Source: Nitrosopumilus sp. (GTDB taxonomy: Archaea; Thermoproteota; Nitrososphaeria; Nitrososphaerales; Nitrosopumilaceae). From it: a stretch of DNA of 64,000 nt. Shown here one piece after another: positions 18,966 to 28,970 of the stretch. A program made the position numbers and the translations under genes. The notes beneath the pieces were generated by a model, which was not told where the DNA came from, ran no database searches, and saw only the letters and a list, made by a program, of their open reading frames with translations. The stretch lies in NCBI GenBank assembly GCA_965207445.1, contig CBDBLX010000001.1:1-64000 (forward strand), written 5' to 3'. Each line of letters begins with the position of its first letter. Position 1 is the stretch's first letter.

Positions 18966-19472
18966 TTAAAATCGAATTGGATTAATCATGTCTTCAAAAT
19001 TAGATGCGTACTTGTCAAGTAAACTTGGTCCATGATGATCAAGTAAACGATCTATCTTTTCTCTATCACTCAAATAATAATATTTTTTTAGTTTTGATAT
19101 ACGTACAGTCACCAACTCATCTTTTACAAGACGTGCAAGATAGAGAGATACCGTAGAAGGTGATCTGTCCACCTTGTCAACTAGTTGTACAAATGATAAC
19201 CCATCATCATGTAAGAGTGTCAACAATAAGATCCTCGGAGTGGGCCTTCGTAGAGCCTTGATTACTATATAATCATCCGCAGATATGCTAGCTGCATAAA
19301 ATCTAGCTGTTCGAGACGAGCGCATGGCCACTACCTTGTTACCATTTTCTAGTTTTGACAAGTAATGTGACACAACACCATTCATAAGACCAGTCTTGCG
19401 CATTATCTCTCTAAAATGAATACCGGGATTCTCTTCTACTATGCTGAGTATCGTTTCTGCACGATCAGTCAT
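18966..19472 (-). CDS. Double winged-helix transcriptional regulator
   Basis: ENPGIHFREIMRKTG...VSHYLSKLE and a second HTH, SPSTVSLYLARL. Confidence 0.85.
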   Translation of the reverse strand: MTDRAETILSIVEENPGIHFREIMRKTGLMNGVVSHYLSKLENGNKVVAMRSSRTARFYAASISADDYIVIKALRRPTPRILLLTLLHDDGLSFVQLVDKVDRSPSTVSLYLARLVKDELVTVRISKLKKYYYLSDREKIDRLLDHHGPSLLDKYASNFEDMINPIRF

Positions 19473-19857
19473 TTCGTAACACTCCTAATGCCAATAATCC
19501 TAATGTGACAAACATCAATAAATGTCCTACCTCTGATATGTGTATGTCCTTTGAGTTTATTATTCCAGAGTTCAACGCATTAGTGAGTAAGAGTGTCTCT
19601 GTAAATACAAAATTTCCAAATGCAATAGATGTCAATAGTAGACGTCGTGAACGTATTAACCGATACGAGTGTACTGCCAATATGGTAATGAATAGAGACA
19701 ATATCATCCCACCCGTATGCAAGAGAATATGTGCCATATGAAATCCATGTAGCATCTCTGGAAAGATTACAGGTATAGATAAGGTAAGCGCAATGGCTAA
19801 AACGGCAATCAGAAATATTGTCGTCAAGTTTGTACGCAACAACAGCACATTTATCAT
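19465..19857 (-). CDS. Small 4-TM membrane protein
   Basis: Four hydrophobic segments; overlaps the start of the wHTH gene. Confidence 0.75.
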   Translation of the reverse strand: MINVLLLRTNLTTIFLIAVLAIALTLSIPVIFPEMLHGFHMAHILLHTGGMILSLFITILAVHSYRLIRSRRLLLTSIAFGNFVFTETLLLTNALNSGIINSKDIHISEVGHLLMFVTLGLLALGVLRND

Positions 19858-19988
19858 ATATTATGTGTCAGTTTTTTTCATTTAAACATCTTGGTTCAAA
19901 CATATAACAACAAACGTGGATAAAGATTACGTGACAAATATAGTGTTTTATAAAAAGTACAAGGGTGTAAAACACACGTCTAAAAATA

Positions 19989-20753
19989 TCATGAGACTTG
20001 TATTATGCCCTGCGCTATCAAATATTGCAAAGCACTCACAAACGTTGCATCATCTATCAGATCCTGCGCCCACCAACCAGCAGTATTTTTTATCCAAGAT
20101 GGAATCTCAGTATCCATCATATCAGTATCACTACTTTGATCTGATAGTGGAACTATGAGTATATCATTTTCTATCAAATATTGCAAAGCACTCACAAACG
20201 TTGCATCATCTATCAGATCCTGCGCCCACCAATCTGCATTGTTTTTTATCCAGTCTGGAATCATTATATCATCAACTGCCACCATCTCACCATTATCATT
20301 ATCACCACCATTATCATTATCACCACCATTATCATTATCACCACCAACAACAAGATCAAATGATACTGTCTCAGGAGGAATAGGTTGAAAGAGTATACCA
20401 TCTACTACAAAGCTGATTGAATGCACACCTTCACTTTGAAACATTATTGGAATTGATATGATGCCAGGTGAGGTGTGAATTCTTGAGGTAGGGCCAAACA
20501 CTTGCTCACCGTCACGTGTAATCGTAAATGCATAATCTATGTGTACTTGGGTCGACTTTGTCAAGGGGTTTAGAAACTCTACATTAATTGCAGTATTTTG
20601 ATTTGGTACTATTTTATCATACTCTAGTTTAACATCAAGTGTACCTTTCTCAGTAGGTGCAATCTGAGATTCAGCATATACATACTCTGATGCAAACACA
20701 GAGATCATAATTATTGAAAACAAAATTCCAACAGTGTAAATAGAATATTTCAT
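19989..20753 (-). CDS. Exported protein with two IPxWIKNxAxWW repeats
   Basis: Start reassigned to ATG 20753 (MKYS..., signal peptide, TTTATAA box upstream); TEKGTLDV...QVHIDY domain; two WW repeats. Confidence 0.85.
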   Translation of the reverse strand: MKYSIYTVGILFSIIMISVFASEYVYAESQIAPTEKGTLDVKLEYDKIVPNQNTAINVEFLNPLTKSTQVHIDYAFTITRDGEQVFGPTSRIHTSPGIISIPIMFQSEGVHSISFVVDGILFQPIPPETVSFDLVVGGDNDNGGDNDNGGDNDNGEMVAVDDIMIPDWIKNNADWWAQDLIDDATFVSALQYLIENDILIVPLSDQSSDTDMMDTEIPSWIKNTAGWWAQDLIDDATFVSALQYLIAQGIIQVS

Positions 20754-20883
20754 TACAATTTTATAAAGAAATATCACAAATAAAAGATATTCCAAAAAGC
20801 CATATGTTAAACAAACTTTTATCAATTTACGAACAACAAGCATCAACAAATACTTAAAATACGTCACGAGTAGTTTATGACTT

Positions 20884-21357
20884 ATGAGTACTTCATCATC
20901 TGCGCCTACATCAAGTCATGCATACGGTATAGGGGCAATTGCACTCATAGTAGCATTGTCAGCCACAATTGTCTTTTACACATCATTTTACCTACCCGAG
21001 TCGCTGTTAAAACCATCAGTATCAGAACATATATTGCATCCTGAAAAGACATCCATAATTGATATCGTACCGGGCGCACTAACAGAAGGTAATGAAAATT
21101 ATGTCCCAAATAATCATAAAGTATATCTGACAGTAGATAATCACGTAATATGGCAAAACAACGATGAGACTGCGCATACCGTGACACCAGACCACAGACA
21201 TGCAGACTCTTACAGTGGAGACTTTGGCTCAGAGGGGGTAATGCTTCCAGGAGAATCTTATGAGTTTATCTTTACAGAACCACAAGTCATCACATATCAC
21301 TGTATACCCCACCCATGGATGAAAGGTACTATATCTGTAGAAAAGAGCAGATTCTAA
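20884..21357 (+). CDS. Membrane-anchored cupredoxin (type-1 blue copper protein)
   Basis: N-terminal TM; WQNNDETAHTVT...YHCIPHPWM. Confidence 0.92.
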   Translation: MSTSSSAPTSSHAYGIGAIALIVALSATIVFYTSFYLPESLLKPSVSEHILHPEKTSIIDIVPGALTEGNENYVPNNHKVYLTVDNHVIWQNNDETAHTVTPDHRHADSYSGDFGSEGVMLPGESYEFIFTEPQVITYHCIPHPWMKGTISVEKSRF

Positions 21358-21710
21358 ACACTCGTATATTTTGCAAATATAATCTTACTATCAATCTCTT
21401 TATGTTGTTCTATTACAGATGCTCTGAACTTTACCTCGTGTTCTGATTCAGGCTCAAATGATATAGCCGCTGTAAACTCTGCAGTGTTATCTGTTATAGT
21501 ATCATATCCTATGAACAGTCTTGCTACATTTTGAGAGATCGGTTTACCGTTTGAAGACTTGTACGTTATATGCTCATTAGAGTCTGATATTTGAGCACTG
21601 ACTACAACACCATCATACTTGCCAGGGTACGATACGGTGATTGTACCCCTGATCTCTACATCAGGATGTATAACAGTAGGAACAATCTTGAAATCTATGT
21701 CGTTGCCCAT
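21354..21710 (-). CDS. Hypothetical protein
   Basis: 118-aa ATG ORF, beta-rich composition, convergent overlap with the cupredoxin stop. Confidence 0.7.
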   Translation of the reverse strand: MGNDIDFKIVPTVIHPDVEIRGTITVSYPGKYDGVVVSAQISDSNEHITYKSSNGKPISQNVARLFIGYDTITDNTAEFTAAISFEPESEHEVKFRASVIEQHKEIDSKIIFAKYTSV

Positions 21711-21784
21711 AATACAAAGTACTTTGGTCCAAATAATAACCCAACAAAATTAAGCTTTAAGTGTAGGGACACGGAAATTAATGT

Positions 21785-22198
21785 ATGTCAGAAGGCAACA
21801 AATCTACAAAAGAATGGAATATGTTATGGACAGAATACACCAAATCACTTGAGAATTGGAAGAGTATGTACGAGCAGGCTCAAACTGCAAGTACAGACAT
21901 GCAGACACGATTCAATGAGATCTGGGAAAAAGCAACAACAGATACAAGTGCAGACACCATGAAACTCTTTGCAGAGAATTGGCAAAAGGCAATGAGTGAA
22001 GCAGGCATCAAATCATTCAAAGAGTTTAGTGAAGGGTGGCAAAAAGTACTTGATGAGGCAGGCTCTGGCGGATTTGCACAGTTTGCAGAGAGTTGGCAAA
22101 AAGCGCTAGGCAGTACGGGCCTAGAGCAGATGAATGCGTATGGTGAGATGCTCAAAAAATTTGCCGATACTTGGAGTTCAATGTGGCCAAAAAGATAA
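21785..22198 (+). CDS. Trp-periodic amphipathic helical hypothetical protein
   Basis: Repeated FxExWQKxx motif; CTTTAAG box ~25 nt upstream. Confidence 0.75.
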   Translation: MSEGNKSTKEWNMLWTEYTKSLENWKSMYEQAQTASTDMQTRFNEIWEKATTDTSADTMKLFAENWQKAMSEAGIKSFKEFSEGWQKVLDEAGSGGFAQFAESWQKALGSTGLEQMNAYGEMLKKFADTWSSMWPKR

Positions 22199-22263
22199 AT
22201 GGTTATTTATTAAATAAAAGGCAAGCAAAGAATAAAAACATCAAATACTAGCACAAATTTGCA

Positions 22264-22956
22264 ATGAGTACTGAGGAGATAGGGCAAAAAATATGCTATG
22301 TGGAGTTTGCAAGTATGGCAGACCTAGCAAGAATGGCATGCTCATATAGGCAATATCCAAGAAGGGTAGAGAGTTTTGATCTAAATGGTACTAGAGTGGC
22401 ATCCATTGTGACTATATTTCCAAATACGCTCTTAATCATGTATTCCCCATTGGCTAAACATGATCAAGATGGTAAATACATATCATACAAAATAGACAGC
22501 ATGAAAAAAGAGTCATACAGTATCACAGATACTGCAACGAACAGATCAACTAATGCCCCCATAATACATTACAAATCAAACATCATACAACTCACAGTGG
22601 CACGCACCAAATACGAGATTCCAGAGGCCTTTGATCCAATCGAGTTAAAAGATTTGGGTAGCTTGGCAAGATTATCATATGACGGCGCTAATCCCGAAGA
22701 CCCTGAACTTACATTGTATGTGATACCCATAAATGATAACTCATGGGCAATAGGGTATTGGCTCACATATAGTATGGACAAACCACATTATGAGTTCTAT
22801 TACATCAAGCTTGATGTAGAGCCTATCATGCCTTTTCTCAGATACAAAGAGGACACGCAACAAGAACCAGAATTTACAGACAAAGTAGAGCACGGTTATG
22901 TCTACATGCCAGTTGTAAAGTTCAAAGAGTCACATCCAATGTTTGGTTTTATTTGA
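22264..22956 (+). CDS. Hypothetical protein with internal duplication
   Basis: Repeated motif SMADLAR / DLGSLAR; 230 aa. Confidence 0.75.
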   Translation: MSTEEIGQKICYVEFASMADLARMACSYRQYPRRVESFDLNGTRVASIVTIFPNTLLIMYSPLAKHDQDGKYISYKIDSMKKESYSITDTATNRSTNAPIIHYKSNIIQLTVARTKYEIPEAFDPIELKDLGSLARLSYDGANPEDPELTLYVIPINDNSWAIGYWLTYSMDKPHYEFYYIKLDVEPIMPFLRYKEDTQQEPEFTDKVEHGYVYMPVVKFKESHPMFGFI

Positions 22957-23818
22957 GATAATATGTGTATTTGATCAGTTGTTTTATATATGCAGATGAT
23001 TCAGAGCGCATTCTTTTGATCAGATGGGTGTATAGCTCAGCTGCATGGCCTATCTCCATTTTGATGGTGGTGCGAGGCAATACGGTCAAATCAATCAAAG
23101 CGTCATATTTGTATTGTTGGGGATAGTTAATGTGTTGATTGCCACAAATGACACTAGTATCATCAACTATTGCAAACGCAGATGCAACTACTTGTTTGGC
23201 CGATACGACAGGCTCATTTTGCTGTTGTCTTTTGTGATTAACAAGATCCAAAAATATTGGCATGTATCTATTCATCTGTATACGTAGTGCATCTTTTGAG
23301 TGTAATTTATCATCAGAGGTTAAACCTACTGTACTCAACTCAAATGTCGGATCATCTTTGTATCTATGTTTTGGCCTAAGCATTATCTTGACACGGGGAA
23401 TTTTTCTTGTAATACGAAATACATCACGAGTAATCCTCATCATGAATGGATATGTACCAGTGTGCCATTGCCCATTATACTGCTCATCAAACCACCTTAG
23501 AAATTTAAATGCAAGTGAATTTTGATATTTGTTGTATTTTTGTACAATATGTGTTGCAAAAGAGTTGCGTGTGACTGGCTGTGGAGAGAACACTCCAAAG
23601 TCAACATCAGCACTAGCAAATATATCATTAATGACCACATCAACTGATTTGAGATATTCACTAAAACAGTATTTGACATAGTATGGATCAGGATCATGCA
23701 GTTTGATCTGTTTTGCATATTTGGTGCATTCTTGTATCAAGTCATAGTTATCAGTCAATGTACTTGGCAAGAATACATCATACATGTTATTGATTGTACC
23801 GAAGTTGACCCGTATCAA
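22949..23818 (-). CDS. Hypothetical protein
   Basis: 289-aa ORF; start uncertain. Confidence 0.65.
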   Translation of the reverse strand: MIRVNFGTINNMYDVFLPSTLTDNYDLIQECTKYAKQIKLHDPDPYYVKYCFSEYLKSVDVVINDIFASADVDFGVFSPQPVTRNSFATHIVQKYNKYQNSLAFKFLRWFDEQYNGQWHTGTYPFMMRITRDVFRITRKIPRVKIMLRPKHRYKDDPTFELSTVGLTSDDKLHSKDALRIQMNRYMPIFLDLVNHKRQQQNEPVVSAKQVVASAFAIVDDTSVICGNQHINYPQQYKYDALIDLTVLPRTTIKMEIGHAAELYTHLIKRMRSESSAYIKQLIKYTYYLK

Positions 23819-23903
23819 TGATCAATTAGAATTTGGGTTGAATATTTTGATAAAATGTCATTTATGGCATTATAGTTTGTATATGAGTATATTAATAATA
23901 TAC

Positions 23904-24401
23904 TTAAAGACCAAAAAAGCGAACCCACTGACGATTATATTCCTGTAATGCATTTGTCTGAATGTCACGTACGGCGCCTGCATAAAGTGAGGTTGAAGAT
24001 ATAACTGCCTTTAGGTGTTGTGTTATACTATCAGTACACGCATCTTGCCAATGTTCTTCCCAATACATAGACATGGATTTTAACAGCTCAGTATCTAATT
24101 CGAGTGTTTTGTGGCATACTTCAAACCATGAAAAAGTGTTTGACATGGAAGTATTTTGTAAATTCAAAAATGATTTTGCCCAGTGCATATACGATGTACC
24201 ATACATAATCCATGCACGCTCAAAGTCTGAACCTGGAGACAACGAGGTAGTAGGATATTCAGTAGTAGATGTCAATTCAGATGAGGGTGATGTAGTGGGT
24301 GATGTAGTGGGTGATGTAGTGGGTGATGATGATTTTGTGCGTTTTGCATAATTATCATGTTTGGCAGACTTGTTCTTCTTCTTCTTTTTACCTTTGCCCA
24401 T
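23904..24401 (-). CDS. Hypothetical protein with Lys-rich N-terminus and SPTT repeat
   Basis: 165-aa ORF, 12-bp repeat, Trp-periodic C-terminal half. Confidence 0.6.
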   Translation of the reverse strand: MGKGKKKKKNKSAKHDNYAKRTKSSSPTTSPTTSPTTSPSSELTSTTEYPTTSLSPGSDFERAWIMYGTSYMHWAKSFLNLQNTSMSNTFSWFEVCHKTLELDTELLKSMSMYWEEHWQDACTDSITQHLKAVISSTSLYAGAVRDIQTNALQEYNRQWVRFFGL

Positions 24402-24681
24402 TGTACATGTAAAATTGTAAGAATATTAAATATTTTCAATTTACACATGTAGAGTAAATCTCGGATTAGATGTTTGAAAATATACTAGACCACAAAACAG
24501 TGATCAGAATATTTTTGAGAGCATGTGTGTTCTCTCAAATTGTTAGTCGATTATCTACAGTAAGTTGTTATGATCATAAATTTTATTAATGCATTGTTTT
24601 GATTATCAACTACATCCAATCAACCATCCAATCAACCATAACCATAACAACAATTAACATAGAGTCCTACAACATACAGTC

Positions 24682-24888
24682 ATGAGCACACCTGACGAAG
24701 AAGAAAAAGGCAGACAATTTTTAGAGTTAATCGACAAACAAAATACACTGCAACAAGCTATAGTGGCAAAGCTGACACGTTTGGTAACAGAATACAAGTG
24801 GAACTCTGAACAAATACGAGGAGAACTTTCGGACCTAGTATACGAACACTCTGAAGTTACACGCAAGATCAACGGGCTTGAACCATAG
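24682..24888 (+). CDS. Small helical hypothetical protein
   Basis: 68-aa ATG ORF with plausible composition, ending just before the cyoE stop. Confidence 0.6.
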   Translation: MSTPDEEEKGRQFLELIDKQNTLQQAIVAKLTRLVTEYKWNSEQIRGELSDLVYEHSEVTRKINGLEP

Positions 24889-24901
24889 TACACAAAGATA
24901 A

Positions 24902-25834
24902 TCAGAGCGCAGAATCTACCATCAATGCAATAAACAAGACTGCCAAATAAGGACTAGAGAACTTGAAGAGTGTCCAAGATGCACGCTCCATTGGCTTTAT
25001 TATCACCCATGCAGACAATAAAATCATAAGTACACCAGAAGCAATAGCAGTCCACAAGTACACAGGACCCACCATACTAGTCCCATCACTCATAACAAGA
25101 AAGAATGGCGATATCGAAAACAGTACCATAACTACAGTAGAGACTGCAATTGATCTTGCAGATGTCTTTTCAGATTGCACAGCAGTGAGCATTGGAACAT
25201 TCACCCTGTTGTAATCTTCCTTAAAGTGCAAGGTAAGTGCCCAAATGTGCATTGGAATCCAGATAAAGACCAATCCTGCCATTGCAAGCCCCATAGTCCA
25301 CAAGTCTGACATCGTAACTGCTACCCAACCTATCATAGGAGGTGCTCCTCCACACAAGCCACCCAATATGATATTAGTTCGAGAGTTTCGTTTTAGCGCG
25401 TATGAGTATATGATAACATTATTAAATAATCCAAATGCTATAAATCCAGCAGCCCATAATCCTTGCTCTAGTGTAGTGGTAAATGCAATTAAACCTGCCA
25501 ACACGAGGGATATTCCCGCAAGCACAAGTCCAAAGTCGCGAGCCTTTGTTGCAGGGTATATTCTCTTTGATGGAAGTGGTCTACTTTTTGTGCGCTCCAT
25601 TATAGCATCAATATCGCGGTCATGATAGTTGGTAAGGGTATTTGCAGCAGCAGAGCCGGCCGCTACAGAAAACAGTACTAGTAGCCACGTCAAAGGCGAT
25701 ACTTCCACATTGTAGATGTTTGATGCAGTTAGTGTTGCCCCAAATGCGGTAAACACCAAGAGATACCATATTTTGGGTTTTGTGAGTTCATAGTATACTG
25801 CTATTCTTGATTGAGATTTTTCGTGTTGTTGCAT
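24902..25834 (-). CDS. cyoE: Protoheme IX farnesyltransferase (haem O synthase)
   Basis: YELTKPKI, DRDIDAIMERTKSRPLP, HIWAL...EDY...VPML. Confidence 0.95.
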   Translation of the reverse strand: MQQHEKSQSRIAVYYELTKPKIWYLLVFTAFGATLTASNIYNVEVSPLTWLLVLFSVAAGSAAANTLTNYHDRDIDAIMERTKSRPLPSKRIYPATKARDFGLVLAGISLVLAGLIAFTTTLEQGLWAAGFIAFGLFNNVIIYSYALKRNSRTNIILGGLCGGAPPMIGWVAVTMSDLWTMGLAMAGLVFIWIPMHIWALTLHFKEDYNRVNVPMLTAVQSEKTSARSIAVSTVVMVLFSISPFFLVMSDGTSMVGPVYLWTAIASGVLMILLSAWVIIKPMERASWTLFKFSSPYLAVLFIALMVDSAL

Positions 25835-26313
25835 TACGCATTATCGTCTCCATCATTTCTCATATATGGCATTGCCTTTGTACGTGACTTCATCTCTACA
25901 AATGATTCAGAGGAAAGTACACCATCTATACGGCCTATCTGCTCATAGACTACTTTGTGCATATCATCAAGTGATACAGAGTGCATTGTGATCAATATAT
26001 CAAATCTACCCGTCACTTCAGATATCTCTCTGATGCCATCAATCTTGAAAAGCTCAGATATAATATGATCATGTTTACTAGTATCTATGTTAACACCAGT
26101 CAAAGTTTTGACAGCATAACCTAATGCAGCATCATTTATTAAAACTGTATATCCCTTTATGATATTATTTTTGATTAGACGTTTTATTCTAGAATATACA
26201 ACAGATGGATTAGCATCAATCTTTTCAGATAATCGTGGTACTGATATGGAAGAATCAGCAGATAGTTCAGAGAGTATAGACGAATCTAAATTGTCAATAT
26301 TTTGTTTTGTCAT
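25834..26313 (-). CDS. Lrp/AsnC-family regulator
   Basis: N-terminal HTH (VYSRIKRL...IIKGY) and EVTGRFDI. Confidence 0.92.
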   Translation of the reverse strand: MTKQNIDNLDSSILSELSADSSISVPRLSEKIDANPSVVYSRIKRLIKNNIIKGYTVLINDAALGYAVKTLTGVNIDTSKHDHIISELFKIDGIREISEVTGRFDILITMHSVSLDDMHKVVYEQIGRIDGVLSSESFVEMKSRTKAMPYMRNDGDDNA

Positions 26314-26513
26314 ATGATTGGTAAAATTTGATTTATGGTTCTTATAAGTTTATTACAAAAAAAATGTAATAAAGATAGAATTAAGAGCCATATTTGTATA
26401 ATTATACAAAACTAAAAAATTGCGGTGATCCTGTTTACGACTTTTTTGTTTATATCATATGTTGTCAGTTTGCGCCATAATGTACAAGAGGTCAAACTCA
26501 GTAGCACGTAACA

Positions 26514-28970
26514 TCAATAGTACGAGTTATTTTTGGTCGATACTTGAGTTTCACCTGAATGTTTCACAACCTCAAAGACGTGACTTGCCTGTGTGGCGAT
26601 TTCACGATCGTGAGATACTAGTATAATCTGCTTTGAGTTTAATTTTTCTAATAGTGATTTTAAATTTCTCAGTTGTACCTGTGACATACCATCAGTAGGC
26701 TCATCGAGTATAAGTAGATTGGACCGCAAACTCGGAGTCTGGCGTCTCATTGCAAAGTTCAAAGCCAGCCTGTATGCAAGCGCAACACTAGTCTTTTCAC
26801 CACCAGACAAGTATTCGACTTGTTGAGTAAGGCCATCTTGCTCTATAATCGGTGTAAAATCTTCATCAATACGAGAATCTTTTGTAGTATCATTTACCAG
26901 TTGAGCATACCAATCACGATACGAATCATTAAAGTCATTTTGTATCTTTAATAGTACACTCTTCTCTATACTCTCCACATTTGGAATAAAAAAGTCATCA
27001 AGCCATCTCTTGTACGCATCAAATTTGGAGTGGGTCTTTTGCCAATGTTTAGCATCCTTAATGTCTGATTCCAGATCGCTTATCTTTTCGTGTCCAGTTG
27101 CAAGATTAGCCTTGCTAGTAGATAGTTCGTGATTTATCTGGCGCAGAGACTCTTGAGTGTCTTTTAATTTATTTTTTAAATCAGATATTGCCTTTTCATC
27201 ATCATTGTACATGTTTAGTTGCTCAGATATTTTATCAAGTTGGGCATTATATTCAGATGAACGTGTAATAGATTGAGATATTTGCACGCCAAGATCTTTA
27301 TTTTGATCATTAAGATGAGCAATCTGTTCTTTGGTGTTTGCCAAATTGTTCTGCTCATTATTATAATCAGTCAAAGCATCTTTTAGTGCAGACAAATAGT
27401 CAACAGGTGATTTGTGTGCTGCAGTATATGCAAAGTTTGGCTCAGCAGGCACCATATATTGTGAATCCAATTTTTTTGATCTTTCTTGCAAATCTTTGAG
27501 TGTACCAGAGAGACGAGCATACTCTTTTGCATCAGGTATAATCATTTTAAATGAATCAACCTTTTCTTGAGAAGTATTGCATTGTGCTTGTAGTTGCTCA
27601 ATTGTATCGGATTGCGCCTTGTACTCTTTTTGCAACTCGTCTAGTTGTACTTGAAGAGTGTCTAACTTACCTTGCAAGTCGTCTTTTTGTCGAGCCCGAT
27701 GGTCTTTTGTGATTATCTGCCCACACAATGTACATTTTGCTCCAAGTTTTTCAAGATCAGACAAACTATTTTGGAGACTTTGTATATCAGATGTAATTTT
27801 GATCTTGCTAGTTTTAGTATCCTCTTGCTTTATAATTTGCTCATTTAATGTATTCTTTTGAGAATCTAATTCGGATGTATATTGATATAGTTGTGCCTCT
27901 AATTGTGCAATGCCACTATTAATGTGGTCAGGAATCTTGGATGCCAGTAAATTTACCTGATCATTGAGTGTCTTAATATTAGTACGAGTGGCAGTAATAT
28001 CTTCATGAAGTTGTCTAAACTTGTCAATTTCTGCATTTATCTGACTTGTTGACTTTGTAGTAGGCTTTGTCCCAAGATCAAATGTACGTAGGTTAGCCTC
28101 TAGTTGTTTGATACGCTCTTTGTTTCTTTGGCCTGTTTTCTCATTTTGCTCACGCATCTGTTGTTCACCATCAAGGTTGGATTTTATCTGTGTATATTGC
28201 ACTACAAGATCATGTCTTTGTTTTTTCCTAGTATCATATGCGTCTAGATCGGATTGAACTTTTTGCTCTTGTATAATATGATCTTGTTGAATCTTAGACT
28301 TTTCATCTATTGCATGTTGTAGTTTCTCAACATCTAATTTTGTTTGCTCTAATTTTTCTTTCTTGCCTGCCATATCCTCAAATTTTACCTGAAAACGAGT
28401 CATCATGCGACGCATCTCGGCGGTGACTAGACCAGCATTATTTTTTGCTATCTGAAAATTTTCCATCTGAAATATTTTACGTATGGTCTCTAACCGTTTT
28501 GCCGAATCCCACAGAATCGATTTCATCTCATCTTGTGGCGTGAATATTGCATATCTGTATATACGACTCTTTGAGTTTGCACTAGATGGTTCATTTAATC
28601 CTAGTATGTCTAGTATGCGTGACTTTAGTTCTGTAGCAGTTAATGGCTCTTCGGTATTGTTGACACGTAGATACACATTTTTACTATCTTGTGAGATCTT
28701 TGTGCGATCGCGCTTTAGCGTTCTTCCCACCTCATATTTTATGTCCCCTACATGAAAGGTCAAAGACACCTCACCAGAATCAACATTCTTGGCAAGCAAG
28801 CTATCTGCTTTGATCGAACTCAATCCAAATAATGCAAACTCTATTCCCATCAGTATGGTTGATTTACCAGACCCAATATCACCTACAAATAGCACAATAC
28901 CCTCTGGAAATTCGATTTTGGTATCTTTGTGACTTCGTATGTTATTGAGTACAAGTGAGTCAAGAATCAT
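26514..28970 (-). CDS. rad50: DNA double-strand break repair ATPase Rad50
   Basis: GDIGSGKS Walker A, coiled coil with CTLC zinc hook, LSGGE signature, LILDEPT Walker B. Confidence 0.95.
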   Translation of the reverse strand: MILDSLVLNNIRSHKDTKIEFPEGIVLFVGDIGSGKSTILMGIEFALFGLSSIKADSLLAKNVDSGEVSLTFHVGDIKYEVGRTLKRDRTKISQDSKNVYLRVNNTEEPLTATELKSRILDILGLNEPSSANSKSRIYRYAIFTPQDEMKSILWDSAKRLETIRKIFQMENFQIAKNNAGLVTAEMRRMMTRFQVKFEDMAGKKEKLEQTKLDVEKLQHAIDEKSKIQQDHIIQEQKVQSDLDAYDTRKKQRHDLVVQYTQIKSNLDGEQQMREQNEKTGQRNKERIKQLEANLRTFDLGTKPTTKSTSQINAEIDKFRQLHEDITATRTNIKTLNDQVNLLASKIPDHINSGIAQLEAQLYQYTSELDSQKNTLNEQIIKQEDTKTSKIKITSDIQSLQNSLSDLEKLGAKCTLCGQIITKDHRARQKDDLQGKLDTLQVQLDELQKEYKAQSDTIEQLQAQCNTSQEKVDSFKMIIPDAKEYARLSGTLKDLQERSKKLDSQYMVPAEPNFAYTAAHKSPVDYLSALKDALTDYNNEQNNLANTKEQIAHLNDQNKDLGVQISQSITRSSEYNAQLDKISEQLNMYNDDEKAISDLKNKLKDTQESLRQINHELSTSKANLATGHEKISDLESDIKDAKHWQKTHSKFDAYKRWLDDFFIPNVESIEKSVLLKIQNDFNDSYRDWYAQLVNDTTKDSRIDEDFTPIIEQDGLTQQVEYLSGGEKTSVALAYRLALNFAMRRQTPSLRSNLLILDEPTDGMSQVQLRNLKSLLEKLNSKQIILVSHDREIATQASHVFEVVKHSGETQVSTKNNSYY

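Noticed and set aside
24403..24540. AT-rich inverted repeats (ACATGT...ACATGT; TTTGAGAG/CTCTCAAA)
   Set aside because: Short, AT-rich and single-copy; could be operators but not distinguishable from chance.
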